This document shows positions 58,301-64,000 of a stretch of 64,000 nt of DNA, piece after piece. The translations under genes and the position numbers were made by a program. The stretch comes from Aquificaceae bacterium. Lineage in GTDB: Bacteria; Aquificota; Aquificia; Aquificales; Aquificaceae. The notes below the pieces were generated by a model. That model saw nothing but the letters and a program-made list of their open reading frames with translations. It did no database searches and had not been told where the DNA came from. Each line of letters starts with the position of its first letter. Position 1 is the first letter of the stretch. The DNA lies in assembly GCA_037925075.1 (NCBI GenBank), contig JAXSNR010000001.1, positions 214,085 to 278,084 of the forward strand, in the 5' to 3' direction.

Positions 58301-58575
58301 ATAACAGCAAGCAATTAACAGAAGAGCAAGAAGAATACCTAAAGAATGTTATAGATAGGCTTGATGTACTTCCAAAAAAGACCATTCAAGGAGTTCTAAA
58401 AGAGTTGGAAAAACTCGGAAAAGAGATACAGAATCCACTAAAAGTAATAACAGTCTTGCAAAGTAAAATATCACAAGCATTTCTTAGAGAGCATTATGCG
58501 GAGAATTCTACCAAAAAGGAAGAAAAAAGAGAAGTTATTTTATCACTTTATTTGGTAGATAAGGAAAATGAATAA
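55378..58575 (+). CDS. PLD-nuclease domain + SNF2/SF2 helicase
   Basis: LHAKLYI...GSSNFT (PLD-like), SDVVGLGKT, IIDESH, SATP, ILSEGVNL, QRVGRINR; GTG start behind SD GGAGG. Confidence 0.88.
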   Translation: MSSLDLTFITNEPGQTLRDRFNQLIKDCRFFDCIVGYFNVSGFHAIYKSLEKAERIRILIGIGTTPSTYHLIKTAETHPSHYEAKQKVEEMIENEMAESEDDQNVEEAIRKFIEWIKNGKLQIRAYPSQKLHAKLYIITFREGDRDKGRVITGSSNFTQSGLIDNLEFNVELKNTSDYEYAKNKFEALWKESVEVSEAIVQILTQKTWLKDDITPYELYLKFLYEYFKDELNITDEVFTEYIPENFKELEYQKQAVLNAKRILEEYGGVFISDVVGLGKTYMGAMLANQLDGRTLVIAPPALIDKRNPGSWRNVFSDFNIPAEFVSIGKLDEAKEDSKKYKNIIIDESHRFRTETTISYEDLSEICRGKRVILVSATPYNNSPMDILAQIKLFQNAKKSTIPGIVNLEDFFKKLDKRLKDIDRQKDYEEYLRITRENAKEIREKVLKHIMIRRTRSEIQKYFAKDLEKNNIRFPEVEDPKPIYYQLNSHEDKVFMETVRLITQELKYARYMPLLYLKKPIKPLEEQAQKNMGGFMKVLLVKRLESSFYAFRNTIDRFIGYYEKFLSEYEKGNVYISKKYINKIFELLEEGDDEKIQELIDEGKAERYNSEDFKPYFEKDLKKDLETLRKIKSMWDSIERDPKVETLLESLENHPVLKDKKIIIFTESKETAEYLTEKINERYGHEIALLFHSGSPEGVREKIIENFDARARNKKDDYRILITTDILSEGVNLHRSNIVINYDIPWNPTKLMQRVGRINRIDTKFDKIYVFNFFPTEQADSEIELTKIARSKIEAFLTLLGGDSSILMEGEPVDSHELFDKLLSKKTITEDEEEESELKYLKIIKDIRDNNPELFEKIKRLPKKARSAKAFDESLNEVAQPNSLITFFRQGKLMKFFLSTKDKTFELDFLTTAKILESSINEKREKIPVEDYYHLLDKNKSAFYETTTEEGIIESTKRGGSDSRQKLLKILLAVQNNSKQLTEEQEEYLKNVIDRLDVLPKKTIQGVLKELEKLGKEIQNPLKVITVLQSKISQAFLREHYAENSTKKEEKREVILSLYLVDKENE

Positions 58576-58596
58576 ATTTTGAAGGAGGTGGTAGGC

Positions 58597-61500
58597 ATGG
58601 AAAGGGAACAGGCTAAAAACTTAGTAATAGAAACCTTTGAAAATCCTTTTGATAAAGGTAAATTTAAAAAGTTTCTTAAAAATCTCTTAAAGTCCTTTGA
58701 TGAGACTAAAACATTTATCTATCAAGGCAATTACATTCTTGATGCCTTTGAGCCTTATATAAGTTCATTAGAAAGAATTGGTAAATATACATACGATGAC
58801 AAAGAAATTGACTTGTTAATTGTGCATTTGAAAAAAGAAACATCACTTGGACGAGCAAGAACAATGCAAAGGAATTTCATTGCTTGGTATCTGAAAGGTT
58901 CAAGAGGAGGGAAATTAAAAGATGCAGCCCTTGTTGCCTTTGTCTCTCCTGATTCCGAAGATTGGCGTTTTTCTCTTGTAAAAATGGAATATCGCTTTAA
59001 AGAAACACCAGAAGGCAAGATTAAAGTCCAAGAAGAATTTACTCCCGCAAGAAGATGGTCCTTTTTAGTTGGCAAAAATGAAAAAAGCCATACCGCTCAA
59101 TCAAGGTTTATTGAAATACTTGAAAAAGATAAGAAACCAATCCTTGAAGATTTAGAAGAAGCGTTTAATGTTGAAGTTGTTACAAAAGAGTTTTTTGAAA
59201 AATACAGAGACCTTTTTGTCAGAACTAAACTTGAACTGGATAAAATTTTGCATAATAGCCCAGTAGTAAAAGAAGAATTTACAAGTAAAAACATAAATAC
59301 TGTTGATTTTGCAAAGAAACTATTGGGTCAGATTGTATTTCTCTATTTCCTGCAAAAGAAAGGTTGGTTTGGAGTGGAAAGAGGAAAACCCTGGGGAACA
59401 GGTCCAAAGGATTTTATTAGAAGACTATTTAATAAGGAATTTGGTGAATACCAAAACTTTTACAATGATATCCTTGAACCGCTCTTTTATGAAGCTTTAA
59501 GAACCGATAGGAGTTCAGATGACCATTACTATAGCAGGTTTGATTGCAAAATACCCTTTTTAAATGGTGGATTATTTGACCCTATAAACGGTTTTGATTG
59601 GGTAAATGTGGATATTAATCTGCCCAATGAACTCTTTTCTAACACTAACAAAACCAAAGAGGGTGATATAGGGGATGGTATTCTTGATGTGTTTGATAGA
59701 TATAACTTTACCGTAAATGAAGAGGAGCCGCTGGAAAAAGAGGTTGCCCTTGACCCGGAACTTCTTGGAAAGATTTATGAAAAATTAAATGCTATAAGAA
59801 CTGATAACTTTGATGAGTATGTAAGGGTCTTAGCATCAGGGAAAAAGGGTGAAGAAACAAAGTTTAACAAAGAATATGGAGTTTATTACACACCAAGAGA
59901 AATTGTCCATTATATGTGCCAAGAGAGTTTAATAAATTATCTTGAAACAGAATTAAACGAAAAAGTTTCAAGAGAAGATTTAGAAAGGTTTTTCAAATAT
60001 GCGGATTCTCAAGAAATAGAAAAGATGGCTATTGAGAAAGCGGAGAAAATTGAACGTGGTGAGCAGAAGGCAACAAAATACGAAAGTCAGATACCAGAAA
60101 GTATAAGGCAAAATGCAAAAGAAATAGACAAACTCCTTGCTGATGTAAAGGTATGCGACCCAGCAGTTGGTTCTGGTGCTTTTCCAGTAGGAATGCTTCA
60201 CGAAATTGTGAAGTTAAGACAACTTCTTTCTATATACACAAAAGAGGATACAAAATCTTATGACTTAAAACGCCACTGTATAGAAAACTCCCTTTATGGA
60301 GTTGATATTGACCAGGGTGCGGTTGAAATATGTAAATTAAGATTTTGGCTATCCATGATTGTAGATGAAGAGGATTTTTACAATATAAAACCACTGCCAA
60401 ACCTTGATTATAAGGTTGTTTGTGGAGATTCGCTTTTGGGGGTTCAAGTAGATTTGTTTAACCAGAATGCATTTAAGAAACTTGAAGAACTAAAAACAAA
60501 GTATTTCAATGAAACAAATCCTTTAAGGAAACAAGAATTAAAAAAAGAAATTGATAAATTAATTATAGAGATATCAAATGGATATAAAGAGTTTGATTTC
60601 AAAGTTTACTTCTCAGAGGTGTTTCATCAGAAAGGCGGATTTGATATTGTGATTGGAAATCCGCCGTATATTTCTACAAAAGGAGTAACACAGCAACAAA
60701 AACAACAACTTATGAAGCATTTTGGTTTTTCTGATGACACTTACAATCACTTTTATTTTAAAGGAATGCAAATACTCAAAGAAAATGGAATTCTTGCTTA
60801 TATATCTTCTAAAACTTTCTGGACTATTCAAACCAAAAAGAACCTACGAGAATTATTATTGCAAAACAAAATACTTCAACTATTTGATACCGCCAATCCT
60901 TTTGAATCAGCTATGGTGGATACTTGTATAACTATTGTTCAAAAACAAAAACCTAATAAAGACCATCAAATTATTTTCTTGGATGGCAAAAAAAGTATAA
61001 CTCAACCAGAAAGATATACCGTTTTACAACGAGTATTCGCCACTGCACCCAATCAAGTATTTTTTATTCCTACTCCAAGAAATATGAAAATTTATGAACG
61101 CTACGGGAAAATCGTTAATGAATTATTAAATCAATGGTGGGATTTAATATCTACAAGCAAAAACATTGAAAAGAATAAACACAAACTGGAAGAATATCGT
61201 AAGAGTTTAAAACCAGGTGATATTACTTTACTGGGACTTATTACAGAAGGGGGACAAGGTTTAGCAACTGGAAATAATGGCAAATACATTGGTGTGCTGG
61301 AAGGCACAAAATGGGCAGATAAAGTAAGAAAAGAAAGACCAGAAAAATTACTTTTAGCCACAGAGTTTTGTAAAAAAATGAATATAAAGAACAAACAGGA
61401 CGCACAAGCATTTTTAGATAAGCTTACAGAAAAGGAAATCCGAAAACTCTTTGACGATTTAAAAGAAAAATATGGCAGAGATATATTTGGACAGGGCTGG

Positions 61501-61968
61501 CTTTATAGAATTGTAAGTCAAGATGAGATTGCAGATGTAGATAAACTTACAGAAGATGAAAAACTCAATGGCATTCTGGGAGAAAAAACTTTTGTGCCTT
61601 ATGACAAAGGAGATAAAGAAGGCAACCGCTGGTATGCACCAACGCCCTATTATATTGATTGGAGTAGGGAGAATGTGAAAATGTTACAAACTGATCCAAA
61701 AGCAAGATGGCAAGGCTATCAATTCTATTTCAGGGAGGGGTTTTGCTGGATATTTACTTTAAATGAATTTAGTGAATATCAAAAAGCTAGAATTAAAGAA
61801 CCAGGAATTCACGATGTTAATGCAATGAGCTTATTTCCAAACTTAAATTATGTCAGTTCAAAATACTTAATTTGTCTTCTAAATTCTTACTTTCTTTTTT
61901 ATTACAAGAGAACTTTATTAATTCAACTTCAGGATTTCAAATCAACGATGCTCGCCAACTTCCCATAA
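58597..61968 (+). CDS. Type IIG/Eco57I-like N6-adenine DNA methyltransferase, frameshifted near the 3' end
   Basis: PFLNGGLF, LGKIYE, GVYYTP, motif I VCDPAVGSGAF, YGVDID, motif IV IGNPPY; ATG 58597 behind SD GGAGG. Confidence 0.88.
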   Translation: MEREQAKNLVIETFENPFDKGKFKKFLKNLLKSFDETKTFIYQGNYILDAFEPYISSLERIGKYTYDDKEIDLLIVHLKKETSLGRARTMQRNFIAWYLKGSRGGKLKDAALVAFVSPDSEDWRFSLVKMEYRFKETPEGKIKVQEEFTPARRWSFLVGKNEKSHTAQSRFIEILEKDKKPILEDLEEAFNVEVVTKEFFEKYRDLFVRTKLELDKILHNSPVVKEEFTSKNINTVDFAKKLLGQIVFLYFLQKKGWFGVERGKPWGTGPKDFIRRLFNKEFGEYQNFYNDILEPLFYEALRTDRSSDDHYYSRFDCKIPFLNGGLFDPINGFDWVNVDINLPNELFSNTNKTKEGDIGDGILDVFDRYNFTVNEEEPLEKEVALDPELLGKIYEKLNAIRTDNFDEYVRVLASGKKGEETKFNKEYGVYYTPREIVHYMCQESLINYLETELNEKVSREDLERFFKYADSQEIEKMAIEKAEKIERGEQKATKYESQIPESIRQNAKEIDKLLADVKVCDPAVGSGAFPVGMLHEIVKLRQLLSIYTKEDTKSYDLKRHCIENSLYGVDIDQGAVEICKLRFWLSMIVDEEDFYNIKPLPNLDYKVVCGDSLLGVQVDLFNQNAFKKLEELKTKYFNETNPLRKQELKKEIDKLIIEISNGYKEFDFKVYFSEVFHQKGGFDIVIGNPPYISTKGVTQQQKQQLMKHFGFSDDTYNHFYFKGMQILKENGILAYISSKTFWTIQTKKNLRELLLQNKILQLFDTANPFESAMVDTCITIVQKQKPNKDHQIIFLDGKKSITQPERYTVLQRVFATAPNQVFFIPTPRNMKIYERYGKIVNELLNQWWDLISTSKNIEKNKHKLEEYRKSLKPGDITLLGLITEGGQGLATGNNGKYIGVLEGTKWADKVRKERPEKLLLATEFCKKMNIKNKQDAQAFLDKLTEKEIRKLFDDLKEKYGRDIFGQGWLYRIVSQDEIADVDKLTEDEKLNGILGEKTFVPYDKGDKEGNRWYAPTPYYIDWSRENVKMLQTDPKARWQGYQFYFREGFCWIFTLNEFSEYQKARIKEPGIHDVNAMSLFPNLNYVSSKYLICLLNSYFLFYYKRTLLIQLQDFKSTMLANFP

Positions 61969-62144
61969 TCATTCCCACACCTGAACAATTAAAGCAATTT
62001 GAAGCTATATTTGACAGGGCATACACAATCCAAAAGCAAAAATTTGAAGGTAAGATAAGTGAAGAAGAAGCAGAAGAAAAACTTGCCGAAGTCCAAAAAG
62101 AATTGGATGAAATGGTGGAAGGAATGTATATGGAGGGAAATTAA
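61872..62144 (+). pseudogene. Out-of-frame C-terminal tail of the methyltransferase (end of the specificity domain)
   Basis: FINSTSGFQINDARQLPIIIP...LDEMVEGMY lies in the -1 frame and continues the LLNSY motif. One extra base near 61895-61912 would give a single 1182-aa ORF. Confidence 0.8.
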
Positions 62145-62164
62145 TATGAAAAAAGTAAAAATTT

Positions 62165-62668
62165 ATGTTTAGCAAACTCATTCAAATAATTTTAGTTGCT
62201 ACATCGCTTTCACCAGTTTTGCTTACCTTCTGGTTTAAACTATTTAGTAAGTCTTGTGATTTAAAAGAAGGTATATTTTATTTAATATCAGCAATTATTT
62301 TGATGGTCATTTTAAAACTCATTATTGACCTTGCAAAGAAAAAATTAGAAGTAATTCCTATATCCATAAAAGAAATATCTAACGCAGATAATGAAAGTGT
62401 TATTTTTATTTTTACCTACCTTATACCATTGTTAGGAATAGATTTTAATATGATGTTGTTCTTATTAGTATTATTTTTTATTATAGTATTCACTACGAAT
62501 ATATACCATTTTAATCCATTATTAGGCTTATTAGGGTATCATCAATATGAAGTAAAATTAGAAGATGGTCCTACTTTTATTTTGATTACCAGAAAGACAC
62601 TTATAAACAGCAAACAAATAAAAAGTGTAGTTCAATTAACTAATTATATATTATTAGAAAAGGAGTGA
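62165..62668 (+). CDS. kwaA: Kiwa anti-phage membrane protein KwaA-like
   Basis: About 4 TMs, TSLSPV, IFTYLIPL, HFNPLLGLLGY..YEV...LITRK; directly upstream of a KwaB-like gene. Confidence 0.7.
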   Translation: MFSKLIQIILVATSLSPVLLTFWFKLFSKSCDLKEGIFYLISAIILMVILKLIIDLAKKKLEVIPISIKEISNADNESVIFIFTYLIPLLGIDFNMMLFLLVLFFIIVFTTNIYHFNPLLGLLGYHQYEVKLEDGPTFILITRKTLINSKQIKSVVQLTNYILLEKE

Positions 62669-62671
62669 CGT

Positions 62672-63517
62672 ATGAATATCTACGCAATTTTAAGAAATGA
62701 TAACTCTCTTAAAAGAATAAGTTTAACTCAAGAGCTACAAGAAGAGTTGGATAGCTATATAAATTCATCCATTCAACATTTTGAGGGATTATCTCCAATT
62801 AAATTCTCCGGTGAATATAAACCTGATGAAGATCAAATTTTATTTATTGAAAATTTTAAAAATCCTTACAGTGAGTTTGTCCCTACAAGTACAGAAATTT
62901 TAGAAAAGAGTGAAATTGATTATATAAAAACTATTGTCTTTGTTGATTCAGATAAAATAGCATATCAATGTTTTGATAGTAGAAAAATAATTAAACCTAA
63001 TAAGTGGTTTCTAATATACTCAAGAAAAACCTTTTCCAAAATTAACGAACCAGCATTAATAATTGATGCTAAAATTGATGCACTTTATTTTAAGGAAGAA
63101 AAGAAGTTATTATTTCTTTCATATCACAATGCTTCAAAAATATTTGATTTAAGTGAGTATTATAGAGAAGCAACTGATAGCGAAATTAATCATTTCCTTA
63201 ATAACAATCTCATTCAAAAGGATACATCATTTAACACAAATTTATTTAACTCACGAATGCGAAAAAAATTACATCTAATAATTAAAAATAATGTATTAGA
63301 AAAAGTTGAAAGAAATTTTAGTGAGGTTGTAAAATATGCAGAAAAATTTAAATTAGAACAAATGTTTGATAAAATAAATCAAAAAATTATTTTTCCTTCT
63401 GAGAAGAAAGATTTAGAAAAATTAATTAAGTTCTTGAACGAGGATCTTTTCGAATCACCAATCACGGGAAACAAGTATGAAATTAATTCGAAACATACAG
63501 TTTCCGAGCATACTTAA
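62672..63517 (+). CDS. kwaB: Kiwa anti-phage protein KwaB-like (DUF4868-like)
   Basis: 281 aa soluble protein, F.GEYKPD.DQ...I..F, Q.F..RK.I, I.FP.EKK....LIKFLNED.FES.ITG..Y..NSK; paired with the KwaA-like gene. Confidence 0.7.
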   Translation: MNIYAILRNDNSLKRISLTQELQEELDSYINSSIQHFEGLSPIKFSGEYKPDEDQILFIENFKNPYSEFVPTSTEILEKSEIDYIKTIVFVDSDKIAYQCFDSRKIIKPNKWFLIYSRKTFSKINEPALIIDAKIDALYFKEEKKLLFLSYHNASKIFDLSEYYREATDSEINHFLNNNLIQKDTSFNTNLFNSRMRKKLHLIIKNNVLEKVERNFSEVVKYAEKFKLEQMFDKINQKIIFPSEKKDLEKLIKFLNEDLFESPITGNKYEINSKHTVSEHT

Positions 63518-63539
63518 AGATTAAAAATAAAACCCGTAG

Positions 63540-64000
63540 CTACAGAATTTAGCTTGCGAAATATTACATAACCTAAAATCGGTTAGAAATTTTATTATGG
63601 AAGTTATAAACAAAGAAAAACTTTTGGAGCTTGGTGAAAGGTAGATTGAGTAAAAAACTCAGAGAATGCGAAATCTTTTAAAGATTGCAGAACCTGATGA
63701 AGCTTTACACCGTGAGATTATGTTATCCTTAGGTTATCCTAAAAACAAAGTTCAATTTTTGGAGCTTGCCTTGATACTTCCCTACAAAGAAATAAAAAAT
63801 CTAAAAGAAAGGCAAACAATAGAAAAAGCACTCCTTTATCGTGCTGGCTTTTGCGAATCAAAGGAGGGATTACCCAATAGCTTTGACTTTTCTTTGAAAA
63901 TGGATAGGTCAGTTTGGGAACTTAAAGGTATAAGACCAGCCAACCATCCTGATAAGAGAATTAAAGGGATTTCTCATTTATTAGCTCAGACAGTATCTGA
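63540..64000 (+). pseudogene. Decayed DUF2851-like gene (runs off the window)
   Basis: Frame reads ...MEVINKEKLLELGER*IE*KTQRMRNLL...EALHREIMLSLGYPKNKVQFLELA...WELKGIRPANHPDKRIKG, with in-frame stops at 63642 and 63651. Confidence 0.6.

Larger units (their letters stand above)
55378..64000. mobile_element. AT-rich defence/genomic island (continues past the window end)
   Basis: Abrupt shift to AT-rich sequence and codon usage after the GT9 gene; all genes on +; defence-type content. No integrase or att site is visible in the window. Confidence 0.7.

Noticed and set aside
61891-61903. Canonical -1 programmed ribosomal frameshift site in the methyltransferase
   Set aside because: The in-frame codons CTT TTT TAT do not form an X XXY YYZ heptamer; kept only as a possible indel or slippage site.
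55378-62144. Complete DISARM or BREX system
   Set aside because: No drmA, drmB, pglZ or brxC-like genes in the window.

Overview
Bacterial chromosome segment, most likely from the Aquificaceae (Hydrogenobacter/Thermocrinis-like). This is inferred from the protein sequences, a split atpB-atpE pair whose c subunit has a signal peptide, and an rpmH-yidD-yidC cluster with no rnpA. About 55 kb is dense housekeeping DNA (leuA, hldD, yidC, atpBE, valS, thrC, hemL, accA, tRNA-Val, ktrAB, gmk, asd, bamD, lysA, purH). Accessory or unusual modules within it: (1) cytochrome c / cory-CC-star / ArsA trio; (2) archaeal-type coiled-coil PD-(D/E)XK protein with 21-bp repeats; (3) coupled lapAB-fusion > MglA-like GTPase (Arg finger replaced by Lys) > multi-DUF4388-like protein > response regulator > His kinase lacking the H+1 acid; (4) beta-propeller/coiled-coil/MoxR-type AAA+ fusion; (5) divergent six-gene Ehr (hydrogenase-4-like, Ni ligands absent) complex. 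The last 8.6 kb is an AT-rich defence island: PLD-SNF2 helicase, Type IIG-like N6-MTase with a 1-nt frameshift near its 3' end, a Kiwa-like pair and a decayed DUF2851-like gene. The ORF track missed leuA, rpmH, tRNA-Val and the last gene. At least 15 genes have a -10 box 6-10 nt before the start codon and no SD, suggesting leaderless mRNAs. rsmG probably starts at AUU. No CRISPR array, rRNA, integrase or transposase was seen. Family assignments come from motif recognition by eye, not from searches.
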